Shown in pieces: positions 1 through 8,602 of a DNA stretch of 64,000 bases (the stretch's first letter is position 1; every line of letters begins with the position of its first letter). This DNA is from an uncultured Desulfobacterales bacterium (GTDB taxonomy: Bacteria > Desulfobacterota > Desulfobacteria > Desulfobacterales > Desulfobacteraceae). The DNA lies in assembly GCA_964397015.1 (NCBI GenBank), contig CAYNHL010000002.1, forward strand, positions 201 to 64,200, read 5' to 3'. The notes beneath the pieces are model-generated. The model was given only the letters and a program-made list of their open reading frames with translations. It was not told the DNA's origin and did not search any database. A program made the position numbers and the translations under genes.

Positions 1-1007
1 TTCATATTTATTCGCACCTTTTGCATATGCTTCTACCATATGGGTGATGGCATCTGTCATGGACGGCCATCTGGGCATTTCATTGGGCAAAAAGGCCACT
101 ACAACCTTGGAAAACTTGGGATCTGAAATCCGGTTGGAAACCTTGCCGCCGGCCATGAGCACGATGCCGTCACCTTCGGTATCTGCAAGCGGCATTGACG
201 GACACATGGTGTAGCAGTTTCCGCAATACATGCATCTTTCATTTTTAACGCTCACGGATTTCACTTCGTTGCCGTTAGGCAGGGTGACTTTGGCCGGTTT
301 GATGGCCGCTGTCGGGCAGGCTGATACAGCCAGCGGAATTTCACATACCTTGTCCAGGTACTCGTGATCCAGCATGGGCGGTTTTCTGTGATACCCGAGG
401 ATCGCGATATCAGAACAGTGGACCGCGCCGCACATGTTCAGGCAGCAGGCCATGGAAACACGAAGCTGGGCCGGAAGCCGCATATCCTGGAAGTCTTTGA
501 ACAGAACATCCATGGCAGCTTTTACCGTACCTGAGGCATCGGTTGCAGGGGTATGGCAGTGAATCCATCCCTGGGTATGGATAATATTGGTGATGCCGGC
601 TCCAGTACCGCCGATGGGAAACTTGAATGATCCGCCGGCAAATTTTCTGGATGACAGATCATTTTTCAACGGTTCCAGTTTATCCTTGGAATCCACCATG
701 AATTCCACATTGTTTCGGGTGGTAAACCGCAAATAACCATCACAGTGCTTGTCCGCAATATCACAAACTTCATTGATCAGACCGGTGGACATCAATCGGG
801 CGCCACCCACCCGGACCGTATATACTTCATCTCCTGAATCGGCCACATGCACGAGTACACCGGGCTCAAGGATTTCATGGTGAGACCATTTTCCCTTGTT
901 TTTGGCGATCACAGGAGGATAGAACTCGTTATAGTCTCTCGGGCCGATGTCAGTGATTCTGTTTTCCATCGGTTTTGCTGGATCATAACCAGTAGAAATA
1001 AATGCCA
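1..1007 (-). CDS. dsrB: Dissimilatory sulfite reductase beta subunit; C-terminus cut by window edge
   Basis: Not in the ORF track because it has no stop in the window. My minus-strand translation from ATG at 1007 reads [26 protein letters not shown]...[28 protein letters not shown]...[12 protein letters not shown]. It starts 16 nt after the dsrA stop. Confidence 0.9.
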
Positions 1008-1023
1008 TTATTATTCTCCCTTC

Positions 1024-2352
1024 CTATCTCTTATGGTGTTTTCTGTATTCATCGACATCACGTTCCCAGCCACCCGGTACTTCGTCTTCTTTCCAGAAGA
1101 TATAGGGGTTGGTCCTCGGGTAGGCAACGTGCTGCGGCATCGGGTCGATACCAGTCACTTCCAGAAGTGTCTGGAAACCCTGACGCATGATCAGTTCACC
1201 CAGTCTTTCGCGGTTTTTGCCTTCTTCCATCCACCAGTCCCAGATGTTTTCAATCACTTCCGTAATTGCTTCATAATCATTGTCAGGATTGACTTCAATA
1301 AACGGAACCAGCAAAGACCCCATCTGGGCACCATCAAGAATCGGTGCTTTTGCACCGCAAAGAATGGAACAACCGGTTTCTTTACCAATTTTCAGGGCTC
1401 TTGGCATGACATTGATGCAATGCATGCAACGGGTGCAGTTGGCATTGTCAATGGTAAGTTTCTTGTTTTCAAATTTCATGCATTTGGTGGGACACAGGCC
1501 CAAAACTTCTTTTTCAATGTCGAACGGACCCCAGTCCTTGCTGCCTTTGTAGGCACCGGCATTGGCCGGGTAAGCCGGATCGTTTTCAACATATTTGTTA
1601 ACGGCATCCTGATCGATGCGGATGTCATCTTTCCATGTACCGATAAAGGACATGTCTGAACGTGCAATGGATGCCACACAGCAGTTGGGGCAACCGTCCA
1701 GTTTGAACTTGAATTTGTAGGGGAATGCCGGTCTGTGAAGTTCATCCTGGTATTCATTGGTCAGAAAATACACCAAGGCGTTGGTGTCATAGCAGGCATA
1801 TTCACAACGGGATTCACCCAGGCAGTCGGACGGGGTTCTCAGGTTGGAACCCGAGCCCCCAAGGTCCTGGTTCATGTCATGTGTCAATGTCCAGAAGATT
1901 TCTTCCAGCTGGGGTGTTGTGGTCCCGAGAAGGATGATATCACCGGTGGAGCCGTGCATGTTGGTTACGCCGGATCCCCTGAGGTCCCAAAGATCACAGA
2001 TTTCCCTGAGATACTTTGTTGTATAGTATTTGCCGGCGGGCTGATTCACACGCATGGTGTGGAAGGCCTCGACACCGGGAAAATTTTCAGGCTGATCGCA
2101 GTACCGGCCGATAACACCGCCGCCGTATCCGAATACACCGACAATTCCGCCGTGTTTCCAGTGGGTTCTGCCATGCTTGTATGACAGCTCCATGATACCG
2201 AGAAGATCATCCACACAGTCCTGGGGGATCTGGAATTCAATATTTGCCTCATTTTTAGCTCTTTTTTCAGCCTGCTCCTTCAGGTCGGAAACAAAGCTAG
2301 GCCATGGGCCGGATTCCAGCTGGTCCAGTAAAGGAGTTTCATGCTTAGCCAT
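1024..2352 (-). CDS. dsrA: Dissimilatory sulfite reductase alpha subunit
   Basis: 442-aa ORF. Sequence is typical DsrA (MAKHETPLLDQLESGPWPSFVSD, HGSTGDIILLGT, CEYACYD, ferredoxin-like CTRCMHCINVMP). SD GGAGGT lies upstream of the ATG. Confidence 0.95.
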   Translation of the reverse strand: MAKHETPLLDQLESGPWPSFVSDLKEQAEKRAKNEANIEFQIPQDCVDDLLGIMELSYKHGRTHWKHGGIVGVFGYGGGVIGRYCDQPENFPGVEAFHTMRVNQPAGKYYTTKYLREICDLWDLRGSGVTNMHGSTGDIILLGTTTPQLEEIFWTLTHDMNQDLGGSGSNLRTPSDCLGESRCEYACYDTNALVYFLTNEYQDELHRPAFPYKFKFKLDGCPNCCVASIARSDMSFIGTWKDDIRIDQDAVNKYVENDPAYPANAGAYKGSKDWGPFDIEKEVLGLCPTKCMKFENKKLTIDNANCTRCMHCINVMPRALKIGKETGCSILCGAKAPILDGAQMGSLLVPFIEVNPDNDYEAITEVIENIWDWWMEEGKNRERLGELIMRQGFQTLLEVTGIDPMPQHVAYPRTNPYIFWKEDEVPGGWERDVDEYRKHHKR

Positions 2353-2502
2353 TTACTTACCTCCGTTAAAAGTTAATTTACAATTCTAATGAAAAGAATC
2401 TTGAACTTTTCATTCATAGTTTAAATAAAAAGGCTTTAAATCTAAGGTGGAAATTATGGCTTACCAAATTTAAAGCACTATTTTGCTCAAAATAACATTG
2501 CA

Positions 2503-2531
2503 GATATAGAATGTCTGGCAGGACATGTCAA
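2503..2531 (-). promoter_or_regulatory. Candidate sigma70 promoter for dsrAB
   Basis: The minus strand reads TTGACA (2531-2526), a 17-nt spacer, then TATATC (2508-2503). This implies a 5' UTR of about 140 nt. Confidence 0.5.
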
Positions 2532-2555
2532 TAAAAAAGGTATTTTTAAAAGGAT

Positions 2556-3731
2556 TTATCTCCCGGGCCATGCGGTGGTGATGTCCTTGAGGCAGGAGTG
2601 AAAGAAGAAACAATGATCTTCAAGGTGGGTCCTGATCAGTGAGATCTCGGATGCCTCCTGGTTGCAGGCACAGATTATCTGTTCTGAAATCGTGTAAAGA
2701 TCTTCAAAAGAAAGTGATGAGAGAATGGTTGGCAGCAGCTGCCTGATGCCCGGGCGCAGCTCAAGTGTCCGGTGTGTGTCAAGGGCTTCGAGTGCGCCTT
2801 CGACAGCCTGGCGGATCAGCATGCCGGGCAGCCAGGCACTGCCTTTGGTGCCGTCTGTTCTATCCAGCCGCATCCTTAGGCCGAGATTGACAATAAAATG
2901 AACAATGTTTGTCAAACAGGCCTGGTCCCGGCTGAGCTCTCCTGTCTCCATGTCTGCCAGGGACTGGTATCCCCTGACCGTGATCAGCTTTACATCAAAT
3001 CCTGCCGGCCCTGGACCGGCAATGAAATCACCTGTTGCATGATGCCATGGAAAAATCTGTTCCCCTGTTTCAGGGTTGAAAAAATGGGCAAGGATCCGGC
3101 CTGCCTGCCTGAATATGGAGCAGGCATCAGACGGGTCAAGCCTGGCGATGGAGCCTTCGGATAACCAGAGACCAATGGCGTAACCGCCGGGTTCCGGCGT
3201 GGCGTGAAATTCATAGTGGTTGTCAAACCATTGTCCCAGGAAAAGGGAAACCGGCCCTTTATGGGTTGAAACAGTGTCAAAGCCGAAAACTTTCGGCAGG
3301 AAGCCCTGTTCGTCAATTTTTTCCAGTCGGGACAGTAGTTGGTATTCCTGGCCTGCAAGTGAAAGGCCGGGTTCTGACACCGCACCGTTGACAACAAAAC
3401 TGGTACGTGTCCCCCGGGCTTTTACCGATGCCCTGACCGGGTGGTAGAACGGGCCGTGTTTTTCAAGGGTCAGGTCCAGTGCTTCCGGTATGACCTGTGA
3501 ACCGGTGGTCTTGTACAGGGCATGTTTCAAGATCGTTTCGTCTTTCTGCAAAAGGAACATGCAGACGGCGGCCAGGTAACCGGCGACTGTCATGTGCGGG
3601 GCGCTGTCGTGGAGAGGCTCCTGGCCGGGATCTCTGGTCAGGCTGCTGCCTGAATCTGTTTCACGGTCAATGGCGATCGGGACGTCATCTATGCCGGCTA
3701 TGAAAAAACGGACGGGTATCCGGGTGTCCAT
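2556..3731 (-). CDS. Hypothetical protein (391 aa), no domain recognised
   Basis: Long ORF. Its ATG overlaps the stop of the upstream TPR gene (ATGA at 3729-3733). It lies directly upstream of dsrA. Confidence 0.6.
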   Translation of the reverse strand: MDTRIPVRFFIAGIDDVPIAIDRETDSGSSLTRDPGQEPLHDSAPHMTVAGYLAAVCMFLLQKDETILKHALYKTTGSQVIPEALDLTLEKHGPFYHPVRASVKARGTRTSFVVNGAVSEPGLSLAGQEYQLLSRLEKIDEQGFLPKVFGFDTVSTHKGPVSLFLGQWFDNHYEFHATPEPGGYAIGLWLSEGSIARLDPSDACSIFRQAGRILAHFFNPETGEQIFPWHHATGDFIAGPGPAGFDVKLITVRGYQSLADMETGELSRDQACLTNIVHFIVNLGLRMRLDRTDGTKGSAWLPGMLIRQAVEGALEALDTHRTLELRPGIRQLLPTILSSLSFEDLYTISEQIICACNQEASEISLIRTHLEDHCFFFHSCLKDITTAWPGR

Positions 3732-4387
3732 CAGCGGTGAGGTGCCAGTTCTTCTATAAGCCGGGGGGAAACCTCGTAGCCGAGCCTGACCGCTTCATCA
3801 CAATGCTTGATGGCGGATGCATAGTCGTTTGTCTCCAGGTAGGCAACGGCCAGGTTGTTGTGGGCCACGGGAAACTCCGGCTGTACCCGTACCGCTTCCA
3901 GGTTGGCTTCTATACTTTCTTTGATCAGGCCTTTCATGACATATGCGGTGCCAAGGGTTGTGTAGGCCTGGACGAAATTCTTGTTGTGGATAATGGCTTT
4001 TTTCAGGAATTTGATGGCTTTGTCCGCCTTTTCTTCATCTTCTTTGGGATCAGTGCCGTCACACAGCTGGAGCAGTACAAAGGCCATGTTGGCGTATCCT
4101 TCTGCAAAGCCGGCCCTTACTTTTGTGGCCCGTTGATTGAACCTGTAACAGCCTTCCAGGTCTTTTCGCTGGAGGCACAGCCCGCCGAGAAGAACATAGG
4201 CCTCTGCAAGGGTGGGGCTTTTATCAATGGCGTCGTGGAGCATTTTTTCGGCTTCATCATATTCCTGTTTTCCCATCAGGGCTACCGCGAGGTTGTAAAG
4301 GGTCGTGCCGCAGTCCGGGTTTCCCGAAAGGTTCACTCTTAGCTGGTTAATATGCTCATCAACGTTCCTGGGTGTCTGTTTTGTCAT
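3731..4387 (-). CDS. Tetratricopeptide (TPR) repeat protein
   Basis: 218 aa with repeated A-x-x-Y-x-x-L-G/A 34-residue patterns (LYNLAVALMGKQEYDEA, AEAYVLLGGL, AYTTLGTAYVMKG, AHNNLAVAYLETNDY). Confidence 0.8.
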   Translation of the reverse strand: MTKQTPRNVDEHINQLRVNLSGNPDCGTTLYNLAVALMGKQEYDEAEKMLHDAIDKSPTLAEAYVLLGGLCLQRKDLEGCYRFNQRATKVRAGFAEGYANMAFVLLQLCDGTDPKEDEEKADKAIKFLKKAIIHNKNFVQAYTTLGTAYVMKGLIKESIEANLEAVRVQPEFPVAHNNLAVAYLETNDYASAIKHCDEAVRLGYEVSPRLIEELAPHR

Positions 4388-4647
4388 GGTCTTGTCCTTG
4401 TGTCAGCCTTTATTTTCTTAAAAAAATTATCATCGCAACCCAAAATAATAGTCAGTCATTTGTTTTATGTCAAGATTATTCAAGTCACACTCCAGGGCAA
4501 CCGCATGCAAAATACTTAAATGCGACAACCCTGAGTCACACTGTTGTTTGAGCAAAGATAAATCTTGAACACATTTGTGACATATGATAGCACAAAGAGA
4601 GCCATTTTGGTGGGCGCAAACAATTTTTCAAATCAGGAGTCAGCATT

Positions 4648-5679
4648 ATGAAAGCCGGATGTTACACTGCGTTGATCACTCCGTTCGACGCTGAAGGTGC
4701 CGTGGACGGCCAGGGATTGAAAAAGCTGGTGGACTTTCAGATCGATAACGGCATTACCGGTATTATTGCTACCGGCACAACCGGGGAAAGTCCGACACTT
4801 CAATGGGAAGAACATAACCGTGTGGTGGCTGAGATTTCCGGGCATACCCGGGAAAAATGTCTCTGTATTGCCGGTGCCGGCAGCAACAATACAAAAGAAG
4901 CCCTTGAAGCGGTAGAGCATGCGGTAAAAGAAAAGGTGGACGGGGTGTTGATGGTGGACCCCTATTATAACGGTCCAAGCTCCACCGAGATCAGAAAGGA
5001 GTATTACACTCCTGTTGCCGAGGCGTTTCCTGATACCCCGGTCATCCCCTATATTATTCCCGGCCGTACCGGTGCCCAGATGATGCCTCAGGATCTGGCT
5101 ATCCTGGCCGGCAGGTATTCAAACGTGGCTGCTGTAAAAGAAGCCACCGGAGATATTGAAAACATGAAGCTGACCCGCCGGCTGTGCGGAGAAGACTTTT
5201 TAATTTTTTCAGGTGACGACGCTCTGGTTTTCCAGATAATGACTGATCCTGAAATCCGGGCATCCGGTGCCATATCCGTAATGTCCAATATTGTGCCTGG
5301 CGCCATGTCCAAAATGGTGGCCGCCCTTATTCAGGGTGATATCGATGCGGCGCTGAAAATTCAAGCCGCAATAAAGCCCCTGCTGGATCTCGTGGTAGTG
5401 ACAACGACAGAGGAAACTCCCGTCGGCCCGGTAACCTGCAGGGCCCGTAATCCGCTGCCGTTGAAAACTCTGATGCAGCTTCTGGGCATGCCTTCCGGGC
5501 CGTGCCGCAGACCTATCGGAAAAATGACCCCGCATGGACTTGATATCATTGTCCGGGCGGCACAGAATGTATTAAAGCTCAATTCAGGCGTGTTTGAGCC
5601 CATTGCCCGCTTTTTTGATATCGATATCGAGGACCGGTTGTATAACCCGGTATTTAGGGATCATTTGAGTTATGGTTAG
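4648..5679 (+). CDS. dapA: 4-hydroxy-tetrahydrodipicolinate synthase family (long variant, 343 aa)
   Basis: Motifs TGTTGES, YIIPGRTG and catalytic-Lys motif AAVKEATGD. SD AGGAG lies 8 nt upstream. It carries an insertion and a C-terminal extension relative to my memory of E. coli DapA. Confidence 0.8.
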   Translation: MKAGCYTALITPFDAEGAVDGQGLKKLVDFQIDNGITGIIATGTTGESPTLQWEEHNRVVAEISGHTREKCLCIAGAGSNNTKEALEAVEHAVKEKVDGVLMVDPYYNGPSSTEIRKEYYTPVAEAFPDTPVIPYIIPGRTGAQMMPQDLAILAGRYSNVAAVKEATGDIENMKLTRRLCGEDFLIFSGDDALVFQIMTDPEIRASGAISVMSNIVPGAMSKMVAALIQGDIDAALKIQAAIKPLLDLVVVTTTEETPVGPVTCRARNPLPLKTLMQLLGMPSGPCRRPIGKMTPHGLDIIVRAAQNVLKLNSGVFEPIARFFDIDIEDRLYNPVFRDHLSYG

Positions 5680-6473
5680 GGCTTGGTCTTGAGTTTGAAT
5701 TTTTCTCTGCCCTGGTCAAACAGCAGGGACTTGAGCCATTCAAACCCGAACTGCAGCAGTTTGATCTCATCCTGTTCTATCGCTTCCACGGTGCCGGCAT
5801 CGATATCATAGCGGTCCAGGAAAGATGACTTGAACACGAATTGCCTGAACGCATCGATATCATAACAGGTGGTGAAAAACATTTTTTTTGTTTCAGGGGT
5901 CAGCCTCATGCTCTGGGGCACAGATTTTTTCCGGACAATCAGGTTGGCCCATCCCTCATTTACTTCATCCCTGAGGTCTACACCCTGGTCCTGGCGCCAT
6001 TCGGCCACCGTCCATTCCTTTTTTTCCTCAAAGCCGAAACAGTGGGCTTCTTTGACTGTAAAGAAAAATTCATCTTTTTCACCCAGTTCGTTGGCATAGC
6101 TCAATGATCCGACTCCTAAAGGATAGTACCGGCAGGTTGTGGGCCGGTCCTCGTAAATGATGCACCCTTCTTTGTCCTTGACAAACGGACATGAGTTGCG
6201 GTCGTCATCCAGCAGTTTCAACGTTACAATCGGCAGGTCCGCTTTTTCAAGAAGCTGCGGAGTGGTATAAATGGCGAGGAATTCACTGGATGTCAGATCC
6301 AGCCGCTTTTTCATGGTAATTATATCATAGGGGGTCAGCATCAGGGAGATCCCCCTGCAGCAATTGGTAAAACATTTGACTCCCTTGTGGCACTCAAATT
6401 GAAACCGGCTGTTATATCCCAGTTGTTCCGGAGGTATTTCAGATTCAGGGCGTTGGTTCGGTGTTGTATCCAT
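5676..6473 (-). CDS. YkgJ/UPF0153-type cysteine-cluster (CxxCxxCC) protein
   Basis: Motif FECHKGVKCFTNCCRG near the N-terminus plus a later Cys cluster (CPFV...CRYYP). 265 aa. Confidence 0.7.
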   Translation of the reverse strand: MDTTPNQRPESEIPPEQLGYNSRFQFECHKGVKCFTNCCRGISLMLTPYDIITMKKRLDLTSSEFLAIYTTPQLLEKADLPIVTLKLLDDDRNSCPFVKDKEGCIIYEDRPTTCRYYPLGVGSLSYANELGEKDEFFFTVKEAHCFGFEEKKEWTVAEWRQDQGVDLRDEVNEGWANLIVRKKSVPQSMRLTPETKKMFFTTCYDIDAFRQFVFKSSFLDRYDIDAGTVEAIEQDEIKLLQFGFEWLKSLLFDQGREKFKLKTKP

Positions 6474-6768
6474 GATGGCTCCATCTTTCTTGAATTATTG
6501 CATAAAAAGTAATGTTTATATACAAAATTAATAATAATGTCAATTAATTATGAAAAAAAGAAATAATTGTCTCCCGCCGGCCGGGCACGGGTATGTTCCT
6601 GGTTGATCAGGCCTTGAAAAGATGCTGGATGATTGAAACAGCATGAACTTTTTTGAAAGTATTTTTCTTTGACATAATTCAAAATGCCGGTTACAAATGA
6701 GGATATTTGGAAAAACGGCACACTGTTGCGCAGATATAAATTTTCCACGGGTGAAACAAGGAGATGCG

Positions 6769-7644
6769 ATGAAAATAAAAAAAGCGGTTTTTCCGGTTGC
6801 AGGTCTTGGGACCCGTTTTCTTCCGGCCACTAAGGCAATGGCAAAGGAAATGCTTCCCGTCGTGGACAAGCCCATTATTCAGTATGCAGTTGAAGAGGCT
6901 TTTGAAGCGGGTATCGAACAGATAATCTTTGTTACCGGCCGGGGTAAAAAAGCGCTCGAGGATCATTTTGACCGGTCCTTTGAACTCGAGCTGAGTTTAA
7001 AGGAAAAGCAGAAACTTGATTTGCTCAAAATGGTGGAAGAACTTGTCCCTACAACCGGAACCATTATTTATACCCGCCAGAATCAGCCTCTCGGGCTGGG
7101 CCATGCCATCTGGTGCGCCAGGGATATTGTCGGAGACGAGCCCTTTGCCGTTCTGCTGGCCGATGATCTGATACAGACAAACGGCCGGCCGGTGCTGTCT
7201 GATATGGTTGAACGTTTTGACCGGCTCAGGGCGTCAATGGCGGCTGTCATGGAGGTGGAAACCGATCAGACCGACAAATACGGCATCCTGGATGCGGTAA
7301 AAACAGAAGAACAGATCTACCGGATCAATGACATGATTGAAAAACCACCTCCTGAGAAAGCGCCTTCCAACCTGGCCATTATCGGCAGGTATATCCTGAT
7401 GCCCAAAATATTCGAGTTTCTTGGCAGAAAACGCCCGGGAGCAGGAGGTGAAATTCAGCTGACAGACGCCATGAGGCTGCTGTTAAAGGAGCAGCCGGTT
7501 TACGGTTATAAATTTGAAGGACTGCGGTTTGACTGCGGTGACAAGGCAGGTTTCCAGATGGCAAACCTGGCCTTTGCCATGGAACGGCCGGATATCCGGG
7601 ACCGGCTGATCAAATTTATAACGGAAATGAAACAGACGTTTTAA
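6769..7644 (+). CDS. galU: UTP-glucose-1-phosphate uridylyltransferase
   Basis: MKIKKAVFPVAGLGTRFLPATKAMAKEMLPVVDKP is the GalU signature. I moved the start to the ATG at 6769, which is preceded by AAGGAG. The track ORF starts at 6697. Confidence 0.9.
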   Translation: MKIKKAVFPVAGLGTRFLPATKAMAKEMLPVVDKPIIQYAVEEAFEAGIEQIIFVTGRGKKALEDHFDRSFELELSLKEKQKLDLLKMVEELVPTTGTIIYTRQNQPLGLGHAIWCARDIVGDEPFAVLLADDLIQTNGRPVLSDMVERFDRLRASMAAVMEVETDQTDKYGILDAVKTEEQIYRINDMIEKPPPEKAPSNLAIIGRYILMPKIFEFLGRKRPGAGGEIQLTDAMRLLLKEQPVYGYKFEGLRFDCGDKAGFQMANLAFAMERPDIRDRLIKFITEMKQTF

Positions 7645-8219
7645 GTTTTTTTGATGTTGCTGTAAATCCTCATGACCTTTTCCACGTACTGGCGGGTTTC
7701 GGAAAACGGGGGGATGGACCGGTAGCGGTCCACTGCATTCGGTCCGGCATTGTAGGCTGCAAGCACCAGCGGCAGCTTGTTGTTGTATCTATGGAGAAGC
7801 TGCTTGAGGTACAACGTGCCTCCCATGATGTTCTGGGAGGGATCGAAAGGGTCTATCACATTCAGGCTGGTATAGTTCTGGGGCATGATCTGCATGAGTC
7901 CCTTGGCCCCTTTGCGGGATACGGCCCCGGGATCGAAGCCTGATTCCACCTGTATCACCGCCTTGACCAGTGAAAAATCAACCCCGTATTTATTACTGGC
8001 TTTCTCTATGATGCTGTCATAGGCCGTATGGTGGACAGGCCGGGTTCCATATTCGGATTTTTCTTTGATATAGAGCTTGTAGTTGCTGGAAGTCGGTACA
8101 TTTGTGAAGTGAACGACCCCGCTGCTGTCAATGTACTTGTAGATATCTGCGCGGCAGGGACCGGTATGGATAAATGCCGGCAAAAAGACCACCAGGGCTG
8201 TCCAGAACATTTTTTTCAT
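7641..8219 (-). CDS. Secreted lytic transglycosylase (SLT domain) with N-terminal DUF4124-like segment
   Basis: Signal peptide MKKMFWTALVVFLPAFI. SLT catalytic motif VIQVESGFDPGAVSRKGAKGLMQIMP and the AYNAG motif. Confidence 0.85.
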   Translation of the reverse strand: MKKMFWTALVVFLPAFIHTGPCRADIYKYIDSSGVVHFTNVPTSSNYKLYIKEKSEYGTRPVHHTAYDSIIEKASNKYGVDFSLVKAVIQVESGFDPGAVSRKGAKGLMQIMPQNYTSLNVIDPFDPSQNIMGGTLYLKQLLHRYNNKLPLVLAAYNAGPNAVDRYRSIPPFSETRQYVEKVMRIYSNIKKT

Positions 8220-8226
8220 TTATTTT

Positions 8227-8601
8227 TCACCTGCTGCACACGTCTTGATACTTTTTCAAAACCAGCTTCAGTGCAAAGACAGGTTTTTCGATATAGGGTT
8301 TTATATTGGCTAAAAAGGCTTTTTGCATGTCATCAAACACCCGGTCTTTTTCATGGTCCATGATCATGTTTCTTGTCGCGGTGTACTCATAGGTGACACA
8401 ATTTCCCAATTTATTGATTATATCATCCGGATCCAGTGAATTCAAACGGTTTCCTTCAAACAGGTCCCTTGTGACCGGAACACTCATGGAGGCTTTGAAT
8501 TTTACTACAAAGGTGTCGGCGGCAATTTTCCTGGATAGATCTTCGATTATCAGCATGTAACCGCCGGCCAGCATAATTGTCTGTACAATGTTTTCTTTCA
8601 T
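8227..8601 (-). CDS. Hypothetical protein (124 aa)
   Basis: The ORF is packed between the helicase fusion (1 nt gap) and the SLT gene (7 nt gap). No motif recognised. Confidence 0.5.
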   Translation of the reverse strand: MKENIVQTIMLAGGYMLIIEDLSRKIAADTFVVKFKASMSVPVTRDLFEGNRLNSLDPDDIINKLGNCVTYEYTATRNMIMDHEKDRVFDDMQKAFLANIKPYIEKPVFALKLVLKKYQDVCSR

Positions 8602-8602
8602 T

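Noticed and set aside
847-1659. 270-aa plus-strand ORF (and several shorter ones) across the dsrB/dsrA junction
   Set aside because: It is antisense to two unmistakable dsr genes. The product is low-complexity with no SD. This is a typical shadow ORF of a high-coding-density region.
4484-4542. Two AGTCACACT copies 51 nt apart, with a mirror-like arrangement of CAACC blocks between them
   Set aside because: A single 9-mer duplication within a 260-nt AT-rich spacer is close to chance expectation. It is a mirror repeat rather than an inverted repeat, and no associated regulator is evident.
4388-4647. Possible lysine riboswitch upstream of dapA
   Set aside because: I could not find the conserved L-box core elements or a convincing multi-stem fold by eye. 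Without a covariance-model scan it cannot be supported.
6717-6729. Sigma54-like GGCAC-N-TGC upstream of galU
   Set aside because: The GG to GC spacing is 9 nt instead of 10, and no activator is nearby.
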